Source of the DNA: Candidatus Eiseniibacteriota bacterium
GTDB lineage: Bacteria; Orphanbacterota; Orphanbacteria; Orphanbacterales; Orphanbacteraceae
Direction: 5' to 3'
DNA: 53,389 nucleotides
Assembly: GCA_043809585.1 (NCBI GenBank)
Contig: JBDROZ010000050.1
Coordinates: forward strand, 1-53,389
The notes under the pieces were generated by a model, which did not search any database, was not told the origin of the DNA, and was given only the letters and a program-made list of their open reading frames with translations. This document shows, in pieces, positions 25,267-35,700 of this stretch. The first letter of the stretch is position 1, and every line of letters begins with the position of its first letter. The position numbers and the translations under genes are program-made.

Positions 25267-26556
25267 GACCCCTTTTTCTCCCGATTCTCCTTCTCACCGT
25301 TCCTCTGGCGATCGCCTGCGGAGGATCGGAGGGGGGGCCTGAGCGGATCCGCTTCTGGGCGATGGGGCGGGAGGGAGAGGTGGTGCAGGAGCTGGTCCGC
25401 GACTTCGAAAGGGAGAACCCGGACGTCCGGGTCGAGGTGCAGCAGATCCCCTGGTCCGCGGCGCACGAGAAGCTCCTCACCGCCCACGTCGGGGATTCGA
25501 CGCCGGACGTGGCCCAGCTCGGCAACACCTGGGTCGGCGAGTTCGTCGCCCTCCGCGCCCTGGAGCCGCTCGGCAATTGGATCGACCGGTCCGAGGGGAT
25601 CGAGGAGTCCATTTTCTTCGACGGGATCTGGGACACCAACGTTCTGGACGGGGAGCCGTATGGAATCCCCTGGTACGTGGACACCCGGGTCCTCTTCTAT
25701 AGGAAGGACATTCTCGCCGAGGCGGGATACGACGAAGTGCCGGGATCGTGGAGCGGGTGGAGGCGGGCGATGGAAGCGGTGAAAGGGCTCGGCGGCGAAG
25801 ACCGGTACGCCCTCTTCCTCCCGACGAACGAGTTCACCCAGCCGATCCTCTTCGGTCTTCAGGCCGGATCGACGCTGCTCGCCGAGAACGACACGCGGGG
25901 CGACTTCACGGGCCCCGCCTTCCGGGAGGCCTTCCACTTCCTGATCGATCTCTACCGGGACGGCCTCGCGCCCCCCGTGGGGAACACGGAGATCTCGAAC
26001 CTCTACGAGGAGTTCGCGAAGGGCTACTTCGCCATGTACATCACCGGGCCGTGGAATCTCGGCGAGTTCGAGCGGCGGCTCCCGGCGGACCTCCAGGACG
26101 ATTGGGCGACGGCCCCGCTGCCCGGTCCGGAGGGGATCGGGTCGGCCGTCTCCCTCGCGGGGGGGGGCGAGCCTCGTCCTCTTCCGGAACTCGGAACGGA
26201 AGGACGCCGCGTGGCGGCTCGTGGAATACCTCTCGGCGCCGGAGCGGCAGGTCCGCTTCTACGAACTCACCGGCGACCTCCCGGCGAGGCGGGAGGCATG
26301 GGACGATCCGGCCCTCGCCGGGAACGAGAGGATCCGCGCCTTCCGGGAGCAGCTGAAGCGGGTGGTGGCGACGCCGAAGATCCCCGAGTGGGAGCAGATC
26401 GCCACGCGGGTGATGATCCGCGCCGAAGAGGCGATCCGGGGGGCGACACCACCGGACTCCGCCCTCGCCGCCCTCGACAGGGACGCGGACCGGATTCTGG
26501 AAAAGCGCCGGTGGATGATCGAGAGAAAACGTGAAGGGGAGGGAGGAGCGTCGTGA
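25263..26556 (+). pseudogene. Sugar ABC transporter substrate-binding lipoprotein, +1 frameshift in a G9 run (26159-26167)
   Basis: Lipobox AIAC; typical solute-binding protein sequence up to SLAGG. With G8 the frame continues ASLVLFRNSERKDAAWRLVEYLS into ORF 26221-26556. Could be a sequencing error. Confidence 0.85.
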
Positions 26557-27443
26557 TCGGCGTGCTCGAACGGCGGCAGCGGAAGGCGGCGTGGATCTTC
26601 CTCGCCCCCGCCCTCGCCCTCATCCTCGTCTTCTTCTTCCTGCCGATCCTAGGCGGCTTCCTCCTCAGCCTCACGGACTTCGACATTTACTCGATCGGCG
26701 CCTTCGAGAACGCGCGGTTCGTCGGGCTCCGGAATTACGCCGAGGCGCTCCGGAGCGGCGAGTTCTGGAACGCCCTCCGGAACACGGCCTACTTCGTCCT
26801 CGTCGGCGGGCCCCTTTCGGTGCTCGCCTCCCTCGGGGCGGCGCTCCTCGTGAATGCCCGGATCGTGAAGTTCAAGGGGCTCTTCCGCACGATCTACTTC
26901 GTGCCGGTCGTGACGACCCTGGTCGCCGTCGCGATCGTCTGGCGCTACCTCTACCACCCTCGCTACGGCCTCCTGAATTACATGCTCGGATGGTTCGGTC
27001 TCGGGCCGGTCGATTGGCTCGGCGACCCCCACTTTGCGATGCCCGCCATCATCCTCATGGCGGTCTGGAAGAACTTCGGCTACAACATGCTGATCTTCAT
27101 CGCGGGCCTGCAGAGCATTCCCGAAGAGATGTACGAGGCGGCCACCGTCGACGGCGCCGGTTTCTGGAAGAGCTTCCGCCACATCACCCTTCCCGGCCTC
27201 GCGCCGACGATGCTCTTCGTCGGCATCATGACCATGATCGGCTACTTCCAGCTCTTCGCCGAACCGTACATCATGACCCAGGGCGGACCGCTCCGCTCGA
27301 CGACCAGCGTGATCCTCCTGGTGTACGAAGAGGGATTCCGCTGGTGGCGTCTCGGAAAGGCATCGGCCCTCGCCTTCCTCCTCTTCGTCATCGTGCTCGT
27401 GGGGACCCTCGTCCAGGTCCGCCTCCGGAAGGAGCCGCGATGA
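26553..27443 (+). CDS. Carbohydrate ABC transporter permease
   Basis: FVGLRNY; EAA loop YEAATVDGA; six TM segments. Confidence 0.95.
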   Translation: MIGVLERRQRKAAWIFLAPALALILVFFFLPILGGFLLSLTDFDIYSIGAFENARFVGLRNYAEALRSGEFWNALRNTAYFVLVGGPLSVLASLGAALLVNARIVKFKGLFRTIYFVPVVTTLVAVAIVWRYLYHPRYGLLNYMLGWFGLGPVDWLGDPHFAMPAIILMAVWKNFGYNMLIFIAGLQSIPEEMYEAATVDGAGFWKSFRHITLPGLAPTMLFVGIMTMIGYFQLFAEPYIMTQGGPLRSTTSVILLVYEEGFRWWRLGKASALAFLLFVIVLVGTLVQVRLRKEPR

Positions 27444-28264
27444 GGAAGCGCTGGATGACCGCCGCCTTCGCCTACGCCGCCCTCATCGCCGGCGCCGTGG
27501 TGACGTTGACGCCCATCCTCTGGATGGTGAGCGCCTCCTTCATGCCGGCGGGCGAGGCGAACACCTACCCGCCCCGGTTCCTCCCGGGAACGGTGACCTT
27601 CGAGCACTATTCTTCGCTCTTCACCCGTCTGGACCTGGCACGCTCCTTCTCCAACAGCGCCTTCGTGACGATCACGGTGACGCTTCTCTCGCTCCTCATC
27701 AACTCGATGGCGGGATACGCCTTCGGGAAGCTCCGCTTCCACGGCCGTGACCGGGTCTTCCAGGTGCTCCTCACGGGGCTCATGATCCCCGCCCAGGTGG
27801 GCATGCTTCCGCTCTTCCTCCTGCTCAAACAGATGGGCTTCGTGAACACCTACGTGGGGGTCATGATCCCGGGCCTCGCCAACATCTTCGGGATCTTCCT
27901 GATCCGGCAGTACGTGCAGGGGGTGCCCGACGACCTTCTCGACGCGGCCCGCATCGACGGGGCGGGGGAATTCCGCATTTTTCGGGTGATCGTGCTCCCG
28001 CTGATCCGGCCGATCCTGGTCACCCTCGCGGCGTTCACCTTCATCTCGATCTGGAACGACTTCATGTGGCCCCTCATCGTTCTCTCCGACGACGGGAAGT
28101 ACACCCTGCCCGTGGCCCTCGCGAGCCTCGTCGGCGAGCACGTGCAGGACACGGAACTGATGATGGCGGGCTCCGTGGTGACCACGCTTCCGGTTCTGGC
28201 GGTCTTCCTCTTCTTCCAGAGGATCTACGTGCGGGGGATCATGGCCGGGTCGGTGAAGGGATAG
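27440..28264 (+). CDS. Carbohydrate ABC transporter permease
   Basis: LLDAARIDGA EAA loop; WNDFMWPL; GSVKG end; ATGA overlap with the upstream permease. Confidence 0.95.
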   Translation: MRKRWMTAAFAYAALIAGAVVTLTPILWMVSASFMPAGEANTYPPRFLPGTVTFEHYSSLFTRLDLARSFSNSAFVTITVTLLSLLINSMAGYAFGKLRFHGRDRVFQVLLTGLMIPAQVGMLPLFLLLKQMGFVNTYVGVMIPGLANIFGIFLIRQYVQGVPDDLLDAARIDGAGEFRIFRVIVLPLIRPILVTLAAFTFISIWNDFMWPLIVLSDDGKYTLPVALASLVGEHVQDTELMMAGSVVTTLPVLAVFLFFQRIYVRGIMAGSVKG

Positions 28265-28268
28265 GGGC

Positions 28269-31193
28269 ATGAAGGCGAACGCGGCGGTTTTTCTTCTCTT
28301 GCTGTGCATTGCCCCGGCGTTCCCATACGACTCGATCGTCCTCGACAACTTCGAGGATCTCTCGGTCTGGTCCGCCCACCCCGCGGACGGGGTGGAGGCG
28401 AGGGTATCCTCGGATGACGGCGAGACGGGAAAAGCCCTCCGTGTCGACTTCGACTTCCTCTCCGGCGGCGGATACGCCGTGATCCGGAGGGAGATCGCCA
28501 TCGATCTCCCCGAGAACTACGCGATCACCTTTCGGATCCGTGCGGAGGCGCCGGAGAACCACCTCGAGTTCAAGCTGATCGACAAGAGCGGTGAGAATGT
28601 CTGGTGGTCGGTGAAGCGGGACTTCGACTTTCCCGTGGAATGGCAAACGGTCCGCATCAAGAAGCGGCAGGTCACCTTCGCCTGGGGACCCCTCGGCGGG
28701 GGGGAATTGACCAGAGCGGAGGCGATCGAGTTCGCCGTCACCGCGGGGAGCGGAGGATCGGGGAGGGTGTGGATCGACGATCTGGAGATCATGCCCCTCC
28801 CGCCGCCGAACCCGAATCCGCCCGCGCCGGTCGCTTCTGCCTCGGCCGAGGCGCCCGGCCACGGCGCGGCCCTCGCCCTCGACGGCGACCCGGCGACGTT
28901 CTGGGAGAGTGGGCCGGATGATGTCGCTCCCTGGATCGTCCTCGACCTCGGCGGCGCCCGCGAGTTCGGCGGGCTCGTCATCGACTGGGAGCCAGACCGT
29001 CACGCGCCCGACTACGACGTGGAGGTCTCCGACGACGGCGTCGAGTGGCGCGCCGTCCGCGAGGTGCGCCGGTCGAACGGCGGGCGGGACTACATCTATG
29101 CCCCCGAGACCGAGTCGTCATGGATCCGGATCCGGTCGCTCCAGAAGGAATCCGCCGTAGGGATTCGCGAAATCGCCATCCAACCTCTCGAGTGGTCGGC
29201 GACGCGCAACGCCTTCTTCGAGGCGATCGCCAAGGACGCCCCGCGAGGGACCTACCCGAGGGGCATGTCGGGCGAGGCGGTCTACTGGACCGTCGTCGGC
29301 GCGCCGGGCGATCCGATCAACGCCCTCTTCTCCGAGGACGGCGCGATCGAGCCGTGGCCGGGGGAGTTTTCCATCGAGCCGTTCTTGTACGTGGATGGGG
29401 AGCTTTTGACTTGGAACGATCTATACTTGGGGCAGTCGTTGGAGCTCGTCAAGTATGCCGGTACTTCCGGGAGATTCAAGTATGCCCTCCTTCCCATCCA
29501 TTCCGTAGTGTCCCTTCCCCACATCACACCCAAGATCGCCGTGACGGCGTTCCCGATCGGAGATCCGGGTTCCTCGTCGCTCGTGATTCGGTATCGGTGG
29601 GAGAACAGCAGTCCGCGAAGGGTGACGGGAACCTTGCTTCTTGCCGTTCGACCCTTTCAGGTGAATCCTCCCTACCAGTTCCTGAACGTCCGGGGAGGTA
29701 CGGCGCCGGTCCGTTCGATCGAAATCACAGGGTCTTTGACGACTGTGAACGGGAACCGTCGAATCTACGCCTCTCCCTCCCCGGAGTCCTTCGGAGTCGC
29801 TCCTTTCGAGGGGGGGGAGGCCGTCGAGGGGTTTCTTCGCTCGGGCCGGGTACCGGAAGCTACGTCGGTCGACGATCCTTTCGAAGCGGCCTTCGGGGTC
29901 TTGGCGTTTCCCTTCGATCTCGAGAAGTGGGATGACCGAGGGGGATTGGAAGAAGAAGAAGTGGTTCTCGTCATTCCCCTCCATGAGAGTTCTTCCGTTC
30001 CCGAATCGATGAGTCTGGAGGAGTGCCGGGCGTGGGCGGAATCGAAGCTCGAGGAGACACGAGCCTTCTGGGAGAAGACCCTCACTCGGAGGGAGATCCC
30101 CGTCCCCGAATGGCTCCAGGACGAGGTCCATGCCCAGCTCTCCTACATTCTCGTCAACCGCTCGGGCCCGGCGATCCGCCCCGGAACTCGCGCCTATGCC
30201 CGCTCCTGGATCCGGGACGGGGCGCTCACCTGCACGGCCCTCCTTCGCCTCGGTCATCCGGAGCCGGTGAAGGAGTTCATCGAGTGGTTCGCCGGCTACC
30301 AGTACGAGAACGGCAAGATCCCCTGCTGCGTCGACGACCGGGGAGCGGATCCCGTTCCGGAACACGACAGCTCGGGGGAGTTCATCTATCTCGTCGCCGA
30401 GTACGTCCGCTACACGAAGGATCTCGATCTCGCCCGCGCCATGTGGCCCCGTGTCGACGCCGCGGCCGAGTATCTCGACCGTCTTCGACAGGAGAGAAGG
30501 ACAGACGAGTACCGGACGCCGGAGGAGGAGCGCTTCTTCGGCCTTCTCCCCCCGTCGATCAGCCACGAGGGGTACTCCGCCAAGCCGATGCACTCTTACT
30601 GGGACGACTTCTTCGCCCTCCGGGGATTCAAGGATGCGGTCTACCTCGCCGAGGTTCTCGGATTGGAATCAGAGAAGGCCCACTGGACGGCGGTGCGGGA
30701 CGAGTTCGCGGACGAACTCCGGATCTCCATCGTGAAAACGATGGAGTTCCACGGCATCGATTACGTTCCCGGATGCGCCGACCTCGGCGACTTCGACCCG
30801 ACGTCCACCACCATTGCCCTCGATCCGGTGCAGGCCGGCGACGTGGTGCCCCGCGAAGCCCTCGAGAGGACTTTCGAGAAGTACTGGGAATTTTTCGTGG
30901 AACGCCGGGAGACCGGGGAGTGGGAGGCGTTCACGCCGTACGAAATGCGGAACATCGGCGCCTTCGCCCGTCTCGGCTGGCGGGATCGGGCGGAGGAGCT
31001 TCTCGCCTGGTTCCTCGAGTACCGGCGGCCGAAGGGGTGGAATCAGTGGGCCGAGGTGGTCTGGAAAGACGAGAGGGCGCCGAAGTTCATCGGCGACATG
31101 CCCCACACATGGGTCGGTTCCGATTTCATCCGTTCCGTGCTCGACCTGTATCCCGAGTTGCTTCAGCCGGCGGATTCGACGACCGCGCGATGA
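28269..31193 (+). CDS. Secreted discoidin (F5/8 type C) domain protein with C-terminal (alpha/alpha)6 glycoside-hydrolase-like domain
   Basis: Signal peptide; N-terminal CBM-like domain (VWIDDL); ALDGDPATFW...WIVLDLG discoidin motif; YARSWIRDG, PEHDS.GE, ISHEGY, DMPHTW in the helical domain. Confidence 0.78.
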   Translation: MKANAAVFLLLLCIAPAFPYDSIVLDNFEDLSVWSAHPADGVEARVSSDDGETGKALRVDFDFLSGGGYAVIRREIAIDLPENYAITFRIRAEAPENHLEFKLIDKSGENVWWSVKRDFDFPVEWQTVRIKKRQVTFAWGPLGGGELTRAEAIEFAVTAGSGGSGRVWIDDLEIMPLPPPNPNPPAPVASASAEAPGHGAALALDGDPATFWESGPDDVAPWIVLDLGGAREFGGLVIDWEPDRHAPDYDVEVSDDGVEWRAVREVRRSNGGRDYIYAPETESSWIRIRSLQKESAVGIREIAIQPLEWSATRNAFFEAIAKDAPRGTYPRGMSGEAVYWTVVGAPGDPINALFSEDGAIEPWPGEFSIEPFLYVDGELLTWNDLYLGQSLELVKYAGTSGRFKYALLPIHSVVSLPHITPKIAVTAFPIGDPGSSSLVIRYRWENSSPRRVTGTLLLAVRPFQVNPPYQFLNVRGGTAPVRSIEITGSLTTVNGNRRIYASPSPESFGVAPFEGGEAVEGFLRSGRVPEATSVDDPFEAAFGVLAFPFDLEKWDDRGGLEEEEVVLVIPLHESSSVPESMSLEECRAWAESKLEETRAFWEKTLTRREIPVPEWLQDEVHAQLSYILVNRSGPAIRPGTRAYARSWIRDGALTCTALLRLGHPEPVKEFIEWFAGYQYENGKIPCCVDDRGADPVPEHDSSGEFIYLVAEYVRYTKDLDLARAMWPRVDAAAEYLDRLRQERRTDEYRTPEEERFFGLLPPSISHEGYSAKPMHSYWDDFFALRGFKDAVYLAEVLGLESEKAHWTAVRDEFADELRISIVKTMEFHGIDYVPGCADLGDFDPTSTTIALDPVQAGDVVPREALERTFEKYWEFFVERRETGEWEAFTPYEMRNIGAFARLGWRDRAEELLAWFLEYRRPKGWNQWAEVVWKDERAPKFIGDMPHTWVGSDFIRSVLDLYPELLQPADSTTAR

Positions 31194-31237
31194 CCGTCCG
31201 TATCCCCCCTTCTTTTCGGGATGATTCGATCGGGGTG

Positions 31238-31367
31238 GTTCGGGACCGGGGGTGGGGGACTCCGGCTCAGACAGTCCTCGCGCACCGGGGCCAAGAGATA
31301 CGATCCACGGGCAGGCCCCGGCGCGCTGCGGAACTCGCCGGTCAGCCCCCCACCCCCGTCCCCGAAC
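31238..31367 (-). repeat. Structured hairpin repeat, family B, copy 2
   Basis: GCTCAGACAGTCCTCGCGC...GCGCGCTGCGGAACTCGCCG within long inverted arms; lies between convergent genes. Confidence 0.8.
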
Positions 31368-31403
31368 TCGGTGTGCGGCGCGAGTTGATATTAGGAGGGA
31401 AAT

Positions 31404-32741
31404 CTACCCGAGCGCTTCGCCGTTCGTCTTGATCACCTCTTGATAGAAGCGGGCGCTCTCTTTCATCGTCCGCTTCCCCGTCTCGAAGTCGACGTGGACG
31501 AGGCCGAACCGCTTGGAGAATCCCTGACTCCATTCGAGGTTGTCCATGAGGGACCAGGCGAAATAGCCCCGGACATCGACGCCTGCATCGATCGCCTCGT
31601 GGACCGCGCGAAGATGTGCCCGGAAGTAGTCGACCCGGAGCGGGTCGCTCAGAGTGTCGCCCCGTACACTTGCGGGGTCGGGGAACGCGGCGCCGTTCTC
31701 CGTTATGTAGAGGGGGATCTCGCCGCACTGCTCCTTGATCCGGAGGAGCGTTCTCGTCAGTCCCTCGGGGAAGACCTCCCATCCGGTTTCGGTGTATTCC
31801 GCACCTTCCTGTCTCACCGGCTTCGCCCGGTCGGGGAGGACGCGCTCGTCGTGCCGCACCACCGCCCGCGTGTAGTAGTTGATCCCGAGGAAGTCGACCG
31901 GCTCGGCGATCAGGGCGAGATCGTCGTCCGTGAATCCCGGCCATCGGTCGCCGTAGATCCCCGCGAGCCCCTTCGGCGGGCCCTCCCGGTAGAGGGGCGC
32001 GAGGTATTGGCGGTTCATGTAGATGTCGGCTCGCTCTCTCGCCGCGATGTCCTCGCGGTCGTCCGACGCCGCGTCCTTCGGTTCGATGTTGACGACGAGG
32101 CCGATGGGGGACCGCCCCCCCGCGCGCCCGGCCCGCACGGCGAGGCTGTGGGCGAGGAGCATGTGCCGGGAGGCTACGGCCGTTTCCGCCGCGCTCCTGT
32201 GTCCCGGCGGATGGACCCCCCCCATGAAGCCGGCGTGGGCGACGACCCACGGTTCGTTCAACGTCATCCACATCGCGGCCCGGTCACCGAGGGCGTCGTA
32301 GACGATCGACGCGTAGTCGGCGAACCGGCGGGGCATGTCGGGGGAGAGCCATCCCCCTCTCTCGTCCAGCGCCGCCGGATGATCCCAATGATACAACGTG
32401 ACGCACGGCCGGATGCCGCTCTCGAGGAGGGCGTCGACGAGGCGGGAGTAGAAGTCGATCCCCCTCCGGTTCGGCCGCCCTCTTCCGTCCGGTTGGATCC
32501 GGGACCAGGCGATGCTGAACCGGTAGGCGGCGAGGCCGATCTCATTCATGATCGCCACGTCTTCCTCGAAGCGCCGGTAATGGTCGCAGGCGACATCCCC
32601 CGTATCGCCTCTCTGCTCATGAGTGAACCGGTGCCAGTTGCTCTCTCCCGCGCCGTCCGCGAGGGGGGAGCCTTCGATCTGGTAGGCCGATGTCGCGGCG
32701 CCCCAGAGAAACCGATCGGGGAATCGGATCGATGCGCTCAT
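31404..32741 (-). CDS. GH1 beta-glucosidase
   Basis: FLWGAATSAYQIEG, TLNEP (acid/base), YITENG (nucleophile), WSLMDNLEW; no signal peptide. Confidence 0.96.
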   Translation of the reverse strand: MSASIRFPDRFLWGAATSAYQIEGSPLADGAGESNWHRFTHEQRGDTGDVACDHYRRFEEDVAIMNEIGLAAYRFSIAWSRIQPDGRGRPNRRGIDFYSRLVDALLESGIRPCVTLYHWDHPAALDERGGWLSPDMPRRFADYASIVYDALGDRAAMWMTLNEPWVVAHAGFMGGVHPPGHRSAAETAVASRHMLLAHSLAVRAGRAGGRSPIGLVVNIEPKDAASDDREDIAARERADIYMNRQYLAPLYREGPPKGLAGIYGDRWPGFTDDDLALIAEPVDFLGINYYTRAVVRHDERVLPDRAKPVRQEGAEYTETGWEVFPEGLTRTLLRIKEQCGEIPLYITENGAAFPDPASVRGDTLSDPLRVDYFRAHLRAVHEAIDAGVDVRGYFAWSLMDNLEWSQGFSKRFGLVHVDFETGKRTMKESARFYQEVIKTNGEALG

Positions 32742-32754
32742 CGCGATGCTCTCC

Positions 32755-35700
32755 CTATCCGAGGGTGACGAGGACCCGGTGGGTCCGGCCGTCCCGGATG
32801 ATCGGCACCGGGGCGGCGCCGTCCTGAATCAAAAGAGGCGCGCCGTCCAGGGTCGCTTCGATCACCGAGCGGGCCCGGCGTCTCGGATTCTCGACGGCGA
32901 TCTCGTAGATCGTCTCCTCGCCCGGAACGCGCCACGTGACGTCGTAGCGAGGCCACTGGTCCGGGATGCACGGGCGGATTCGAATGAGGTTCCCGTCTTC
33001 CATCCGGATGCCGAGAATCGACTCGACGGCGACCCGGAACATCCACGCCGACGACCCGGTATACCAGGTCCAGCCCCCGCGGCCGATGTGGGGGGGCTCG
33101 CCGTAGACATCGGCGGCGACCACGTACGGCTCGACCTTGTACGTCTCGATCCCTTCCGCCGTGCCGCCGTGGGCGACGGGGGTCAGCATCTCGAGAAGTC
33201 GCGCCGCCTTTTCGTTCCGGCCGAGTTCGGCGAGGGCCCGCACCACCCAGAGGGCGGCGTGAGTGTACTGCCCCCCGTTCTCACGGACGCCCGGTACGTA
33301 CCCCTTGATGTAGCCCGGGTCGCGGGGCGTCTTGTCGAAGGCCGGCGTGAGGAGGCGGATGATCCCGTCCTCTTCACTGACGAGCTCCCGGACCGCCCCG
33401 TCCATGGCCCGCTCGGCCCGTTCCCGGGGCGCCCCGCCGGAGATGACCGACCACGCCTGGACGAGGGCGTCGATCTTGCACTCGTCGCTCTCCTTCGAGC
33501 CAAGGGGGGCGCCGTCGTCGTAGTAGCCCCGCCGGTACCACCCGCCGTCCCAACCCCCGTCGTTCACCGATTTCCGGAGATTCTTCGCCGCCCCCTCGTA
33601 CCGCTCCATCCGTTCCCGGTCTCCCCGCTCCCGGACGATGGGGAGGAAGCCGTCGATCAAGTGAATCAGGAAGAACGCCATCCAGACGCTCTCCCCTCTT
33701 CCCTCCCGGCCGACCCGGTTCATCCCGTCGTTCCAATCGCCCGTTCCGAAGAGGGGGAGCCCGTGGGCGCCCGTCCCGAGGGAACGGTCGAGGGCGCGGC
33801 AGCAGTGCTCGTAGAGATCGGCCTCCTCCCCGGAATCGGCGGGTTCCAGAAACGCCTCGTCTTCGCCCGGCGCCAAGGCCCGGGCGGTCAGGAAGCGGAC
33901 CTCCTCATTCATGATCGACCGGTCCCCCGTGCACCGCACGTAGAAGGCGGTCACGTAGGGGAGCCAGAGAAGATCGTCGGCGAATCGAGTGCGGATGCCC
34001 CGGCTCCTCGGCGGGTGCCACCAGTGAAGGACATCCCCCTCCACGAACTGATGGGCGGCGTGGAGGAGGATCTGGGCCCTCGTCATTTCCGGCGCCTGAT
34101 AGACGAGGGAGGCGGCGTCCTGGAGCTGGTCGCGAAAACCGAAGGCCCCCCCCGACTGATAGAAGGCCGTGCGGCCCCGCATCCGGCAGGCGAGGGTCTG
34201 GTACGGGAGCCACCCGTTCACCATGATGTCGAGGGCGGGGCGGGGGGTCGCGATCCGAAGACCGGAGCGAAGCCGTTTCCACTCCGCAGTCACTCCGGCC
34301 AGCGCCTCCTCCACCGCGCCCCGCCGCCGGTAACGAGCGACCAGGGTCCGGGCCTCTTCGTCGTCCTTCCCTTCGCCGAAGAGGAAGGAGCATTCGGCGC
34401 ATTCTCCCGGCGCGATGTCGATAACCGCCCGCTCGACGAAGGCGGGATCGAGGCGGGCGCCGACGGGACCCTCGATCGGTCCGGACCGGGTGAGCGCCTC
34501 GGGCCGGGCGGCGTTGCCGCGGGGGCCGAGGAACGCCCGGCGGTCGCCGGAGAGATGGAGGGCGTCTTCCTTGCCGGGAAGAACGGCCGCCCCGAAGGTC
34601 ACCGACTTCGCGAAGTCCCGGCTCCGGGGATTGCGGGCGAAGAGGGCCCCCGTCTCCGGATCGATCTCCGTGACGACGGACCGGCCGCTCGTCTCGGGAG
34701 AGACACCGAGCACCAGACGGCGGTAGGAGACGATCGAGAGCCGCCTCGTCCGGTCGCTCCGGTTCGTGACGCGGAGGCGGGTGATCTTGACGGGATCGGA
34801 GAGGGGGGCGAAGAGGCAGGTGGCCTCTTCGAGGCCGCCCGACTCGTGACGGAAGAGGCTGTAGCCGAAGCCGTGCCGCGCCTCGTAGCCCGCCTTCGCC
34901 GGCGACGGGCCGGGGAGGGGGGACCAGAAAGCGCCGGTCTCCTCGTCCCGAATGTAAATCGCTTCGTCGTGAGGGTCCCGCACCGGATCGTTCGACCAAG
35001 GGCTCAGCCGGTGCTCCCGGCTGTTCCCGCCCCACGTGCATCCGGCGCCGGTCTCGCTCACGAGGAAACCCAGACGGTCGTTGGCGACGACGTTCACCCA
35101 GGGGAGAGGGGGGAGCCGGAGGCCCCGCCCCGGCTCGTGACGGAGCCGGATGACGTACTCGTTTCCCTCGTCGTTGAAGCCGCCGTATCCGTTGTCGAAG
35201 CGGAGCGGTCTCTCTTCTCTTCGAGGGGTCGCCTCATCCCCCGTCGCCGGACCGATGACTTCCGGCGTTCCGGCCGGCGCGGACTCGAAAGACGTCTCCT
35301 CCACCGCCTCCGGTCCTCTCACCTCCGCCGACTCGAGGGCCCGCTTCGTGGCGCTCTCCGAAGACCAGCGGGCAGAGGCGGCGATCGCCTCCTCCCGGGA
35401 GGGGGCCGCGCCGAGGATCGCGACGAAGCGGACTTCCTCTTCCGGCGCGAGAGTGAAGATCCTCCGGAGGGCGACGACCGGATCGAGGACGGCGCCCACC
35501 GTGCCGGAGAGGGGGGATCCGTCGCTGAGGGCCGCGGGTGCGGCGGGAGTTCCGCCCCGGCCGAGGAAGCGGAGGCGGTCCGTCTCCCACTGGAGATCTC
35601 CCTCGCCTCGAAGAGCGTGAAAGAGCCAGGGGCGGTTCTCGTCCTTCGCCCGGGGGCGCCGGTTCGCGAGGAGGGTCTGCCGCCCGGGATCGAATCCGGT

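Noticed and set aside
31268-31340. GACAGUCCU matching the hairpin-ribozyme cleavage strand
   Set aside because: No complementary AGAA loop-A partner or loop-B sequence, and wobble bias favours the opposite strand.
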